NCBI GenBank assembly: GCA_964016885.1
Contig: OZ024741.1
Coordinates: forward strand, 174,220,001-174,284,000
Direction of reading: 5' to 3'
DNA: 64,000 bases
Origin: Eledone cirrhosa
Lineage: Eukaryota
Within the stretch, counting starts at the first letter, position 1. Each line of letters opens with the position of its first letter. Shown piece by piece: positions 49,823 through 63,599 of the stretch. A program made the position numbers and the translations under genes. The notes under the pieces are model-generated. The model saw only the letters and a program-made list of their open reading frames with translations. It had not been told where the DNA came from and made no database searches.

Positions 49823-52620
49823 ATCATCATCATCATCATTTTACATCCGCTTTTCCCTGCTTGCAAGGGTGGGACGGGTCTTATTCAGCACAGGATCTTT
49901 CCACTTGTCACGGTCCTTCGTCATCTCCACCGTGAGCTTCAGCAATCTGAGGTCTGTTCTCACCACCTCCACCCATGTTTTTCATGGTCTACCTCTACCA
50001 CGTCTTCCTTCAACTGGCATTTCCTGGCACTTCTTCTCCCATCAGTCATCCTCCATGCGCATCACATGTCCACACCACCTCAGTCTCCTCTCTCACACAC
50101 TACATTCTATCCCTCTCAGAACCAGTTTCTCTCTCAACACATTTATGCTGGGTCGTTCACGCACATTGACAATGCACATCCAATGGAGCATGCTTGCCTC
50201 ATTTCTCTTCAGCCATCGCATATCTTCTGCAGTTGCTGCCCATGTCTCACTACCATACAGCATCGCGCTCCTCACACAGGCATCATATAACCGGCCTTTC
50301 GTATGCAGGAAGAAACCCTTCTTCGTCAGGAGAGGAAGCAGCTCCCTAAACTTCTTCCAACCCGTCCTTATTTTAGATACTATGGCCTCGGAACACCCCC
50401 ATCCCATGCTAATCTGATCTCCTAGGTACCGGAAGCTATCCACCACTTCTATAGCACCCGCCTGCATTTGAAAAATGTGTCTATCAATGCGACTTCTACT
50501 GTCTAATTTCCCTGTACATCTACTGAATACGTACTTCTCCCTACCTGTTAGTTTGCCTGCTATCCCACTACATCTCTTGTGTACCCAGGATCTGCATTGT
50601 GTGCATTTTATAGAATTTATGCCAGTTCCTTTTCTGCATATCGAACATGGCCATTTCCCTGACGGAATCAGAGTTTTGTCCTCTTTTCTACTCATCAACA
50701 CTTTTGTCTTAGCTAGGTTCACTCTCAGTCCTCTTGCTTCCAACTGCTGTTTCCATAGCCAGAATTTATTTCTAGCTCCTCTACTGATTCTGCTATAAGG
50801 ACCAGATCGTCAGCATAGAGAAGTTCCCATGAACAACCAGTCTTAAACTCCTTTGTTATGGCTTGGAGGACTATAATGAACAAGAGCGGGCTGAGGACCG
50901 AACCTTCATGTACTCCTACTTGTATCTGGAATTCCTCACTAAACTCCATTCCTACCCTGACTTTACTGAGAGTACCTCTGTACAAAGTTTGCACTGCCCT
51001 CACAAGCCATTCCTCAACAAATAGTTTCCTTAGGGACCACCAGATGACAGATCGGGGTACCCTATCAAAGGCCTTCTCTAGGTCAACAAAGGCTAAGTAT
51101 AGTGGCTTATTTTTTTCTAAGAAGCTCTCTTGTAATTGTCTCACCAAGAAGAGGGTATCTGTTGTACTCTTCCCAGGCACAAAACCAAACTGCATCTCAT
51201 CTAGTTTGACCCTTTCTCTAATTAGTTGTGTTAATATCCTTTCTGCCACTTTCATAACCTGATCCATCAGTTTTATACCCCTATAATTGCTCCTCTCCAG
51301 AGCATCCCCTTTACCTTTGTAGCAATTTATGAGAATACTGATGCACCAGTCTTTGGGTATGACACTGTCATATATTGATGATGCGTGCAACCAGTTTAGT
51401 GCCTACGTCCCCTGATGCTTTCAGCATCTCAGCAACTATTCCCGATGGTCCAGCAGCCTTACCATTTTTCATTTCCTTAATCGCCTCTTGGACCCTATAT
51501 TCGTCAATCTCAATAGCTGGTCCCTCTGTCGGTTCTACTGAGGGTAATTTCTCTCTCTCCCATTCGTTCTCCACATTCATCAGTCTCTCATAATGACATT
51601 TCCAGGCCTCCTTTTCCTGATCATTCGTGACACTAAGTACACCGGCATCATTCCGGACACATTTATCTCCAACAACATCCTGATTTACATTGACACACTG
51701 CCTTGCAATGTGGAACACTGCATGCCTCTGATCTTCCCGTCACAGAACATTGGCAAACCTCCTACTCTCAGCCTCCCTGCGTGCTAAGTACACCTGACGT
51801 CTAGCTTCTCTCTTAGTGGCTGTATATCCTTCTCTACTCCCACCCTTTTTCCAAGCCTTCCATGCTAGTCTTTTCTCTCTAATGGCCTTATCTACTGTGC
51901 TGTTCCACCACCAGATCACTCTATGTCTGGTTGGAGCTCTGCTCCAGCCACAAGTTTCATCAGTAACCTGCAGTAAGTTGTCACGTAAGAAATTCCAGTT
52001 ATTATCTATGTCATACGTCTCTAAATCGTCTTCTTTTTCGTCATACACATCTTGAAGGGTTTTCCTAAATTTGTATTTTAGTGAAAGGTCTTTTAGCTTC
52101 CAGACCTTTCTCCTCCACACCTTCCTGTATGTCTCATTCTATCTCTTGCTTAGTGAGATATCACAAACGACTAACCTAAGCTGTGGAGTACATTCTTCCC
52201 CAGGATATGCCTTGGTATTAGACACCATCTGCCTGTCCCGCTGCCTAACTAGTAAGAAGTCAATCTGGCTTATGTCCTCGCCTGATTTGTAGGTTATTAG
52301 GTGGTTGGCAGGTTTCTGGAAGTTAGTGTACTTGCATCACAAAATTCAAGAAGTCTCACTACTTCTTCATTTCTTGAGCTGTGACCGTGCCCACCATGTA
52401 CCCCAGTGTAACCATCTTGACCATTGAAGTCCCCTGCTAGCATAACGATGTCTCCATCCTCTGTCATTGCGGTTGTTTGTAAAAGTTGCTCGTAAAAGCA
52501 GTCTTTCTCTTCTTTGCCTAGGTCTGCTTGGGAAGCATAGGCAGAGATGATTGTCAGTAGTCTCCTGCCTACAACTAATCTAAGCTTAATTATTCGATTA
52601 GCAAATTCCACTCTCAACAT
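49823..52620 (-). pseudogene. Decayed RTE-clade LINE (EN + RT)
   Basis: Colinear fragments GDFNG, KAAGPSG, YRGIKL, FVDLEKAFD, LSPLLF, LYADDL, CSIC, MLYGSETW. Several frameshifts and a (TGA)n tail. Confidence 0.9.
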
Positions 52621-52815
52621 TTTGGTCAGCCTGAGGCTATACTAGAAGACACTTGTCGAAGGTGTTGTACAGGGAGATGAAATACTGCAAGGTAGAACAA
52701 GACTGCTTTTGGGGCCTAGATGGAGGGAGAGAATTGCAACATTCAAAGGGACTAAGAAGTTTTATTTGAGAAAGGGGTTGTCAGATATTTCCAGGCTCTT
52801 CAGGCCCAGGCCTGA

Positions 52816-52945
52816 CATACTGATTAACCCCCCCCCCCCCCACGCACACACATATGTACTGATACAGGCCCTGTTTATACCCCATACTGATTAACTCCCC
52901 CTGCCCCACACATATGTACTGATACAGGCCCTGTTTATACCCCAT
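52816..52945. repeat. Short two-copy tandem duplication (~60-67 bp)
   Basis: catactgattaac...cacacatatgtactgatacaggccctgtttataccccat occurs twice. Confidence 0.8.
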
Positions 52946-53233
52946 GGTTAACACTTCTGCTACCAAACCACTGGAAACTGCTCCTAGTTTTATGATACAA
53001 GACTGATTATTTTATAGATCTTGTATTTAAATTACTACTTTCCAGCAACAATCTTTCTTAAGTTATGTTCCAAACATCAGCTTAATAATGAAAATATTAG
53101 TTATTTTATTAAATTCCTCCAAATTCTTCATTAGTTTCAAAATATAATGAAACATGGGCAGTATATTAAATTAAAAACATGGCAACAAAAGAGATAAATT
53201 TATCTCCATCTTAGGGAATGGGAGAAGATTTAC

Positions 53234-53368
53234 CTTTGCATCAACTTTGGTCTTTTGAAGTTGTTCCTTATATTTTTCCATTTCCTCAATTGCTCGGTTT
53301 AGCCGCACCTCTGTGGCTTTTTGAGAAGTGTTTTCCTTTTTAAAATTTCGTTTTAAATCTTCCAACTC
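53234..53368 (-). CDS. TEX9: TEX9 coding exon
   Basis: cag|ELEDLKRNFKKENTSQKATEVRLNRAIEEMEKYKEQLQKTKVDAK|gtaaat; 135 bp, phase 0-0, with EVRLNRA motif. Confidence 0.9.
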
Positions 53369-53700
53369 CTGAATATGGTCAACCACAGGTAAAATAAATT
53401 TGGATAAATATCAAAATATTTTATATCAGCAAATAAAAATTAATTTACATAACGGTTAATTTAAAAAGCATTGAAAAAATTCAAAATGGGTGAGTCCCAA
53501 TAATAAGTTTGAAAGCCAAGACAATGCAAATTAGATGAATAAAGAAGTCAGATGAAACAAGATATGTGTTTTACCTTAATTTATTTATATGTCCTGATAT
53601 TTCGAGATTAAATTCTCTTCTTCTGAGGAAAAAAAAACAAACTAATCCAGTGTTCGATGGAACGTGCTATACCATGCTGTTGAAAGTAGTTTTCTTTTTT

Positions 53701-53744
<44 letters not shown>

Positions 53745-53865
53745 ATCTACAGCTATAAATAATAGTTGAAATAATCAAAGTACCCCTATCCACTTTTTTC
53801 CATTTCCAGAGATACATTACCCAATTGTCTCAATCATATTTCTAGTGATTGACTATTTGATTGGG

Positions 53866-55027
53866 CATTTGGGTTAAAATCCAGCCAAGGTTAGCTTTGC
53901 CTTTCATCCTTATGGGATCAATAAAATAAAGTACCAGTAATGCACTGGGGTCGATTTAATTGACTTTTCCTTTCCCACAAATGTTGGCCTTGTGCATAAA
54001 TCAGAAACCATTATTATGGTCATTTGCATTGTGACACACATTTCAAATTTTTAATTTACATAACTAACAATTACTGGTTTTCTTTTGCATAGAGGCTCTC
54101 CCATTGGCTGAGAAAAGAGATTTATGAGCTAAATGGGTGATCTTCTACAAAATTAAATTATCTACTAAGAATAATAGTCAAATTTCACTCAAATTAAACC
54201 TTGCTTTTCACTCTTTTGATACCAACCCACCCAAAACCACTTTGAATTCAATGAAACAAAACCATCCATTTTAAAGAGTTCCTATTTAAATTTAAATTTT
54301 CCAACATAATTTTATATAAGAACCATTTGATAACTTATGTTACAAATATCTTAGTGATGAAATATTTATTGGCTTCTGATTTAGACACAAAGCCAACAAT
54401 TTTGGGGGAAGGAAAGTCGATTAAATTGACCCCAGTATATTACTGGTACTTTATTTTATCGACCCTGTAAGGATGAAAGACAAAGCTATCCTCGGCAGGA
54501 TTTGAATTCAGATCATAAAGGGGCATAACCCTATGCCATAAAGCACGTTGTTTAACGCTCTACCGATACTGCCACTCCAGACAATAGTAATGAAATAATT
54601 ATTAATTTTAGTAAATCCCTCTAAATTTTTCATTTATTAATTCAAATATAGAGCATTTCATCAGAAATGTAGTAATGAAAGGGTTAAAAAGAGAAAGACG
54701 CATTTAATACTAATGTCTTCGACACTGTCTATTGAAAGAAAAATGACTAGTCATAGTTGAATGTCTTTGAACATAGGCTTGGTCATGAAGGGGTCACCAA
54801 CAATAGAAACAATAATGGTTTCAGCTATAGGCACAAGGCCAATGATTTAGGAGGAAGGGAAAGTCTACAAGATTGACCCCAGTGCTAAACTGGTGCTTTA
54901 TTTTATTGACCCTGTAAAGATGAAAGGCAATGCTAAACTCGGCAGGATTTAAACTCAGAATGTAAAGCGCCATAACTGTATGCCACAAAGCATGTTGTCT
55001 GACATTCTACCAATTCTGACTATCCAC
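53866..55027. mobile_element. Three dispersed SINE copies (~53866-54012 +, ~54370-54580 -, ~54815-55027 -)
   Basis: SINE core sequence present in each. Confidence 0.65.
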
Positions 55028-55285
55028 AATAATAATAATATCTTATATAGACACAACAAAAAGCACCCAGTCTACACAGTAAAGTGGTCGTTTTGGTGCC
55101 ACAATAAAAGGCACTCAGTCCACACCGTAAATGTGGTTGGCATTAGGAAGGGCATTCAGCAATAGAAACCAAACCAGAAACAGTTCTGTATGAACAAAAC
55201 AGGGCCAGCCATCTGATCTGACTTGTCTCACAGCGGGACAACTAGCATCAAAAAAGTATATTAAATGGTGATGGTGATGATGACA

Positions 55286-55520
55286 AATACGTACATACAT
55301 ATATGTATACAAACAAACAAGCCGAGCATTATAATAAATGTTCGGTAAGCCGTGCATATATATATATGTGTGGATGTATGTATATATATACATACTACTG
55401 TACGTCTGTATACATATATGTATGTATGTATACATACATACATACTTACATCTAAGTAAGTGCCGTACTAAGAGTGAGAAATGAAATTTCGTTTCATTCT
55501 ATTCCATATATATATATATA
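55286..55520. mobile_element. Relative of the Penelope-like remnant at 21780-21990
   Basis: Shares ccgagcattataataaatgttcggt and ccgtactaagagtgagaaatgaaattt and ends in (TA)n. The hammerhead part is absent. Confidence 0.65.
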
Positions 55521-55871
55521 ATGGAGGCACATGGCTTAGTGGTTAGAGTATTGGCTTTGCAATCGAAAGGTTGTGAGTTCAATTCTCAGACCGGGTGATG
55601 TGTTGTTTCCTTGAGCAAGACACTTTATTTCAGTTTACTCAGCTGTAGAAAATGAGATGATAAGGACTGGGGTCCCTATCATTCCACTGCAAAGTGGTCG
55701 TGGAGGTGCCACGGCAAAAAAGCACCCAGCACTCACTGTAAATGAGGTTGGTGTTAGGAAGGGCATCCAGCTGTAGAAATCAAGCCAGAATCAGTTCCCA
55801 TCCCACCCTTGCAAGCAGGGAAAAGCGGACGTAAAATGAAATGATGATGATGATGATGATGACATACTTAC

Positions 55872-56045
55872 TCTTCTCTGGGTGACTACTTGGGTTTCTA
55901 GTCCATCAATTCTTTGTTTTCCATCGTCCACCATTTTCTTGTAGTTCTCCAGTTGTGTTTGTTGAGTGCTGCTGGTACGCTGGAATCTGTTACGTTCTTC
56001 CTCAATTTGTTTCACCTGTTGTTGAAGTTTGGTATTTTCATCCTC
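55872..56045 (-). CDS. TEX9: TEX9 coding exon
   Basis: tttcag|EDENTKLQQQVKQIEEERNRFQ...LETQVVTQRR|gtaagt; 174 bp, phase 0-0, coiled-coil composition. Confidence 0.88.
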
Positions 56046-56225
56046 CTGAAAAAAAAAAAGAAAGTAATATGTGCACCACAGATTAGATTACTAATTTATC
56101 TTTTATCATCATTATCATCATCATCATCATCACTATCACTATCATCATCATCACAATCATCATTGATATCACTATCATCATTGTTATGACAATTAATGCC
56201 ATCATTGTTATCATCATCCTCATGA

Positions 56226-56808
56226 AGGGGCGACGGATTGGCAAGATCGGTAGAGCATCGGACAACATGCTTTGCAGCATAGAGTTGCGGCCCTTTATGT
56301 TCTAAGTTGAAATCCCACTGAGGTCAGCTTTGCCTTTCATCCTTATGGAGTCGATAAAATAAAGTACCAGTAATGCAGTGGGGTCGATTTAATTGACTTT
56401 CCATTCTCCCAAAAATTGTTGGCCATGCGCCTAAATCAGAAGGTGGATTGGCAGTATCGGTAGAGGGTCGGACGCCATGCTTTCCAGCATAGTTACGTCC
56501 CTTTATGATCTGAGTTCAAATCCCGCCGAGGTTGACTTTGCCTTTCATCCTCACGGGGTCGATAAAATAAAGTACCAGTAATGCACTGGGTATTTGCTGG
56601 CCTTGTGCCTAAAGTAGAAACAATTATTTTGGCAGTATCGATAGAAGGTCGGACGCCATGCTTTGTAGCATAGTGTTATGTCCCTTTATGGTCTGAGTTC
56701 AAATCCCGCCGAGGTTAACTTTGCCTTTCATCCTTACGGGGTCGATAAAATAAAGTACCAGTGCATAACTGGCGTAATTGCTGGCCTTGTGCCAAAAGTA
56801 GAAACAAT
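56226..56808 (+). mobile_element. Three head-to-tail tRNA-derived SINE copies
   Basis: Copies start at about 56226, 56442 and 56629 and are followed by (CAT)n(CAG)n. Confidence 0.75.
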
Positions 56809-58114
56809 CATCATCATCATCATCATCATCATCACCATCACCATCATCATCATCATCAGCAGCAGCAGCAGCAGCAACAGGCCAATTCTTATTTGAAACT
56901 AATGCCTTCCTAGACAAGCTGGGGGGGGGGGGAAGCAATATCTTGCTCATACATTTGAAAATAGTGACTTCCTTGTCCAGCTAGGGGCAACATCTCACTT
57001 ATGCATTCCATTTTTGGCAGGCATAGTTTCTGTGGTTGGATGTTTTTCCAAGCACCAACCTCTTTACAGAATGTAGGGGAGTGAGAGGAGAGGGGAGGGG
57101 GTGATAGAATGGCAGGGGAGTGAGGGGAGGGGGGGTGATAGAGTGGCAGCAGGGTGAGAGGGGGGCTGCTAGAATATGGCAGGGGAGTGAGAGGGGGGGG
57201 GGGGGGGGGGTTGATAGAAAGGCAGGGGAGTGAGAGTGAGAGTGGTTGAATAGGAAATGACATGAGTAAATTACCAATCGCCTTCTTCTTTCCCCATCTT
57301 ATGTCAGCAGTTTGCTTGAAATTTCCCCATATTATATCCTTGTTATTAAGCAATCTATGTTATTACCTGCGCTGTCATTGGAACCTCATATATAGATTAA
57401 CTCCTTTTGCTTTCAATGTTGGATTTATGTTGCCATAGTTTTAATCTCCTTTTATCAATAACCATTGACATTTCTACACTGGTGTTTATGACATGGATTG
57501 CAGACATGCAATGCATGCTTAACATATATAAATTAAGGCAAATAGCAAATTCGATTTTAATATTTTAAAAAAAATATATTTTATTTTTATGAGACACAAC
57601 TGGAAAGAGGGTTATATACATGCTATATGTACCCTAATTGAAGGTGTGTGGCTGAGTGGTTAGATCATTGGATTCGCGATCGTGAGGTTGTGAGTTCGTT
57701 TCCCGGAGTGGGCGATGTGTTATGTCCTTGGGCAAGACACTTTATTTCTTCGCGTTGCTCTTTCTACCCGGAGTTGCAACTGATAGAGAGTATTAGCAAT
57801 TGGAAAGACCAATGGAAACATTGTTTCCTCGGTCCGATTTGACGATAGTCGATCGACTGTCAATGTACCCTAATTAAATTATATAGTTTTAGTTATTAAA
57901 ATTACACATTCTGGCTTAAACGGCCTGAAACTGTTGCTTGTTTTACGATACAAAACGTCTTGTTTTAAAATGGTCATACTTAAATTAAAACCTTCCATCA
58001 TAATTTTATGTTATGTTATGCTCTAAACCCCCCCCCCCCCCCCTCCTGAACCCTTTTGATACCAACTCAGCCAAAACTGACTTTGGTTCTATGAAACAGA
58101 ACTACCTATTTTAA

Positions 58115-58335
58115 CCCTTTAGCATTTAAACCAGCCGTATCCAGCCAGAATTCTCTCATCTCTTTCTATTCAAACTGGTTTTAACTGGCCACTCATGCCG
58201 AGTGTAAGGTATTGTTCTCAAAATAAATAATATCAAAATCTCATAGATTCAATATTATGTGAGATAATTAAGTGAGGAAAAGCCTTTACCATGAAAATAC
58301 AATAGTAAATATAGAGTAATGTAAATGCTAAATGG
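58115..58335. mobile_element. piggyBac-type (TTAA) MITE
   Basis: TTAA|CCCTTTAGCATTT... with a degraded right TIR. Confidence 0.65.
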
Positions 58336-59059
58336 TTATTGGGTATCCATTTAACCTTTTTATTACCATATTTCTAATGAAATACACCATATTTCAATTA
58401 ATTAATGAAGAATTTTGATTGCTTTGCTAAAACTATTAATTATTTCATTACTAAGATAGTAAAATTAATATATGCTACCAATATAAAATAATGTTAAAAG
58501 GTTTTAATACAAATAGGCACCCTTTAAAATGGGTGGAACTTTTCATAAAACTAGAAATGGTTTGGGGTTAGTTGTATCACAAGGGTTAACTTAAAATCCT
58601 CCAACATAATTTTAGATTTATCATCATCATCATCATCATCATTTAACGTCCATTTTGCTGGTTAGCATGGGTAGGACGGGCAGTCCCTTTTGGAAAGATC
58701 AGGTTAGAGAACCGTGTTTCGCTCACACAGAACTGATTTTGGCTTGGTTTCTTCAGCTGGATGCCCTTCCTAATACCAGTGATAAAATTATTAATAATTC
58801 TAGTAAATCTCTAAGAACTCATCAAGAAATGTCCACATGCCAAAAAAGAAGTCCTCTACTAGTCCCCTTCCACTCATGTGAAGTCACTGCTTCTCATACT
58901 TCCAGTGCATCACCTACAACCCCTCACAATGTTATCTCTCTCATCACACACCACTAATTTTAAGGATGAGCTTTGAAAATATTGCTATAGAAAGGGTCAC
59001 TGTATACTTTTATATTTAAAATCACATTTCCATTTCTTGTCTTCTGTTCCATACTAACA

Positions 59060-59300
59060 ACAGAGTGCCTACATAATCTCTCAATCTTTTTCAAGTCAAT
59101 GACAGAATTCCCACAATACCTTTCAAGTCAACAAGAGAGTCCTTATGCAGTCTCTTAATGCCTTTCATACCAATGACTGAGTCTCTATATTGTCCCTCAA
59201 GGTCTTTCAAATCAATGATAGAGCCCCTACGTAGACTCTCAATGTCTTTCAAGCCAATGAGGGAGTCTTTTAAGCCAATGAGAGAGCTTCTATGCAGTCA
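59060..59300. repeat. Degenerate ~42-bp tandem repeat
   Basis: ctttca..caatga.agag motif recurs at about 59120, 59162, 59204 and 59246. Confidence 0.55.
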
Positions 59301-60046
59301 TGTGACCTATTAGAAATGGCAGTCAAATTCCTCTCAAACTACACCCTGGTATTAAAAAAAATACATTTGATAATGTAGTCCTTGGTACACTATGTCTAAG
59401 AAAAAAGACTAGTCATGGCTGTAATGCTAGAAATAGTAGCAAAATCTTCCTCAAATCACCTCCTTATGCCTCAAAAATGGAAGGGCACATTGAATAATGT
59501 AATCCTAGGTATACAAAGGACAGAATGATTAGTTATAGCTGAAATGCTTTTGATCATTAGGATTGCTCGATCAGGGATCATGATGAAGGTGAAGGTGAGG
59601 ATGGTGGTGATGCTAGTGGTGCTAGTGGTTGTGATGATGATGGTGATGGTTGTGATGATAATGATAGCTGTAGTAGTAGAGGTGGTACTGGTACCAGCTG
59701 GTGATGGTCATGAAGATGATAATGACAATGGTAGTGGTGGTACTGATGAAGATGATGATGATATCAAGGAATATTTAACAGCAATTTTGATTTGGTGCTA
59801 TCAGTGTTTATAATTTCATCCATATCATGCAAGAAGAAAATCTATAAGTCTTAGTTCTAAGACACGAAGAAATTGAAGTATGTTAAAAAAAAAGAAGACG
59901 TTATTGAAAAAACGTTATATCTTTCATTATACACAAGGTTTATTTTTGTTTTTCCTTGAAAATTCTCTTCTCGGGAAAATGTTTTATATTCTGACTTTAT
60001 GGGATTCAACAGCTATGCCAAGGACTATATAATTATATGAGCTCAC

Positions 60047-60129
60047 CTTTTTCTCACACTGCTGTGATAAATTCTCTAATTCTTCCTGCATCACTCTTAA
60101 CTTGGCTTTTAGAAAACGGATTATGGCTT
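60047..60129 (-). CDS. TEX9: TEX9 coding exon (not in the ORF track)
   Basis: ttttcag|(E)AIIRFLKAKLRVMQEELENLSQQCEKK|gtgagc; 83 bp, with the TEX9 IRFLKAKL-VMQEEL motif. Phases match both neighbours. Confidence 0.9.
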
Positions 60130-61277
60130 CTGAAAAGAGATGGAATGAAACCATTTACAACAAGCTGTCAGTTGTAACTTTATAAAAATAAAATAGATGT
60201 TCATTTGTTGCATCTGAGAATGTCTGTATGGAAACACAACAACAACAACAACAGCAATATGTGATACAATAAGTCTGTTTGTCAGTAGTTAGACTTCTTT
60301 TTTTTTGTCTATTTTTATTTATTTAGGTAAATTATACAACTCAGTGATTTCTCTCATTCTGTGTTTCCTGTGTAAGATGCAAGCTATATTGACAACATAA
60401 TGGTCTTTCCTACTGCCTAGCTAATTTGTCCAGACTAACTCTTTCACCTGTTCTCTCTCTCTCTCTTTCTCTATCAATATATATATTCAAGGGCTGTCGA
60501 AAAATCACTGAGCATAGATGTTTATGTTCTATAAAGAGAGAGAGAGAGAGAGAGTCTGTGGTGTTGAGACCAAGGACAGCACTAATCATGGGAGTATTCA
60601 ATGCATGGAGCGATGCAGATTGGATACTGTGGCGCCAAGCAGTTTCGGCTTGTGTGTTCAGAAGGCCTTTTGAAGGGTGTAGAAATATTACTACCCAGTT
60701 GGGATTTTACACACACATAAACATATATATATATACATCTGTCTGTCTGTTTAGCTCATTTCTGTAGACTGACCCTCACCTGCTCTCACACACACACACA
60801 CAATTATATTCTATCTTATATCTTAATTTTAAGTGTTATCCTCATTATTTTACATCCACCTTTCCATGCTGGCAAGAGTTGGATGGGTTTTTACTGTCCA
60901 AGTTAGAACTTAATGCCCCTACTGACCTCCTGGACAGATCAGGGGACCACGCTTCACTCAATACTTCCATTATTTTGGCATGGTTTCTACAGCTGAATGC
61001 TCTTCCTAATAACAACCACAGTACAGAGTGTAATGTGTGCATATTATCGTGGTACCAGTATTAGAGAAGTTTCCATGTCATTTTTAGCATGGTTTCTACA
61101 GCTGGATACCTTTTCTAACACCAACTACTTGACAGAGTGTACTGGGTGCATTTTATTGTGGCACCAGCACTAGAGAAGTTTTCATATCCTTTTTGGTGTG
61201 GTTTCTAAGTTTGTACTTTGAATTGTTTCAATTAAAAATATATCCAATATAATTTACTACAAACCTTTGTAATTTAA

Positions 61278-61497
61278 CCATTAGCATTTAAACCAGCCAT
61301 ATCTGGCCAGTATTCTCTCACCTCTTTCTGTTCAAACCGGCCATAACAAGCCCTTTATACTGGCGTTAAGTTATTGTTCTCAAAATAATATAATAAAAAA
61401 AATAATATCAAAATCTCATAGATTCGATATTATGTGAGATAAAGCCTTTATTGCGAAAATACAATAGTAAATATAGAGTAATGTAAATGTTAAAGGG
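61278..61497. mobile_element. piggyBac-type (TTAA) MITE
   Basis: Same family as 19110-19317. Confidence 0.65.
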
Positions 61498-61989
61498 TTT
61501 ATAAATAAATATTTTGAGTATTTATGTGTGTTTGCTTTGACAGTAAATTAATCAAAATCTACAGTTGACAGGTTAAGTGTTTATCAGGGGTCTGTACTCT
61601 ATTTCTGACTATTCATTATAGTCATTAAAGCCATAACACAAAAGCTCATAGCTGAATGTCTTTGAGCTGAGCCTCTGAGAGATATTTTATAAGAGAGAAC
61701 AAAACTATTTGGGGACTCTGAGTGTGCAGAGCTCCTCCCAAAATTCAAAGCAGCAAAGAGTCAGTTTTTTTTTGTTTTGTTTTTTTAAGGGGAGAGGTCA
61801 GATGGATGATTATGCTATTTTATATTCAAATTTATAGTTTGCAAAATAGAATGAATCATTTTCCATGAAAAAGTGAAATAAACCTTACATATCTGAACAT
61901 TTGACAAGGACTGATATGGCTCCCATCTGATTTTTAGTGAGAGGAAAAGAATAAATAATAAGAAAAGGAAAACAGAAGCTGAATTATAC

Positions 61990-62186
61990 CTGAGCCTATT
62001 TCATTAACAGTAGGAGGGAGAACATCATCAATGAGTTGTGAAGGGTTAATGCCAGGGATCAAATCATTGTTAGTTTCTTGTTTGGAGATCTGTTGGATAG
62101 TGTCCTGGAGTTCAGCAAGGTACATTTCATCAGGAACAGCTACATTGTCAGCCATATTGAATTTTGAATTTGTTGGTTTTGCTTTA
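61990..62186 (-). CDS. TEX9: TEX9 coding exon
   Basis: ctttcag|t KAKPTNSKFNMADNVAV...DDVLPPTVNEIGS g|gtataa; 197 bp. Joins in frame to 60129, giving GSEAIIRFLKAK. Confidence 0.82.
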
Positions 62187-62551
62187 CTGAAAGATATAGT
62201 TTAATAACTTTAGTGACAAAAAAAACTCCTTTTCTCTTTTTTCCTCTCCCCATTTCTCCTTCCCTCTCCCCCATTTCTCTCAGACCCATCAACCTCTTTC
62301 ATCTCTTCCTTTCTCCCTTTCTCACACCCTCCAACCTCTTTCTGTCCCTCTCTCTCCCCCTCTCTTTATACCTCTCTCTGATGTTAGAATTATACATGCC
62401 CAACAAAAACAAGTTATTTTCTGTTGTCTTGGAAGTGGGACCTATTCTTGGGTATATTTGAGGTACTGATTTCAAAAATGGCATCATATTTGCCCAATTT
62501 ATTTTTAAGAAAGGTAGTAAGTTATTGTTGTTATTATTATTTAGCCCCTGA

Positions 62552-62995
62552 ATGGCAGTGGATTGGCAGTATCGGTAGAGCATTGGACAACATGCACTGC
62601 AGCATAGAGTTTCGTCACTTTACTTTCTGAGTCCCAACGAGGTTAGCTTTGCCTTTCCTCACAGGGTCGATAGAATAAAGTGCCAGTAATGCACTGGGGT
62701 CGATTTAATCGAATTTTCCCCTTCCCCAAATTGTTGGTATTGTGCCTAATTCAGAAACCACTATTTAGCCCGTGAGTAGAGTGAGGAGTTGGCAGAATTG
62801 TTAGAACATTGGACAAACTGCTTTGTAGCACTTAGTTTCTGCCCTTTACTTTTTGAGGTCAAATATCACAGAGGTCAGTTTTGCCTTTCATCCTTCCAAG
62901 GTCAATAAAAAATAAAGTACCAGTCATGTACTGGAGTCAATATAATTGACTTTTCCCTTCCCCCAAATTGCAGCCCTTGTGCCAATATTAAAACA
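62552..62995 (+). mobile_element. Two tRNA-derived SINE copies
   Basis: SINE core at about 62640-62700 and 62875-62935. Confidence 0.65.
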
Positions 62996-63497
62996 AAATA
63001 TTAGGCCCCTGATTAGCTAACATCAAACATGACATATGATCAAAGCATTCTATACAATCATAGTTATCCCATCTTATTTTCATAGATACAGAACTACATT
63101 ATCAGATGTATCCTTCGGGGTTTTTTAAGGTAAGTGTAAATGACCAAATGGAGGCTCTCTCATCAACTCTTCATATCCTGTTATGATTTAGCAGAAAATA
63201 TCTAAAAACAGATTTGTAAATTCTAATGTGGACAAATTATTGTGAAGGTTTACAGTATTAGAGTAAAGACTTAAGTATGTAATGTGATATGATGAGAGTA
63301 CTGTTTTGTACTTTTCAAGAATGTCTTGCTAATGTGGTTTCATGAGGTACAGGATGATAAGAGTTAACTCATTGTCAAGTAGAGCATTGGATGAACCACA
63401 TTTAGTTCCATTCTTTTACAGTCTGACTTTAATTACTCTTGGGTTCTTCATTGCTATTTCACTATAATGGAATAAAATTGAAAACAAAACCACTTAC

Positions 63498-63599
63498 ATG
63501 GATGAGGTTTTATGTTTTGTAGACTTCTGTTGCTTTGGAGAAATGTTTGGTCTTACTGGAGTGGTCAACTGGTCAAGAGAAGAAGTAGAAACTGATTGA
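63498..63599 (-). CDS. Candidate upstream TEX9 exon (Ser/Thr/Lys-rich)
   Basis: ctgcag|t QSVSTSSLDQLTTPVRPNISPKQQKSTKHKTSS at|gtaagt; 102 bp, open, and its end phase is compatible with the exon starting at 62186. No recognisable homology. Confidence 0.45.

Noticed and set aside
53703-53740. Long poly-G run (also the G-rich tract at 57076-57245) as a functional G-quadruplex
   Set aside because: Low-complexity intronic sequence whose length is unreliable in assemblies; no supporting evidence for function.
59544-59813. Hydrophobic/acidic 89-aa ORF
   Set aside because: Derived from degenerate (GAT/GGT)n simple repeats inside a TEX9 intron.
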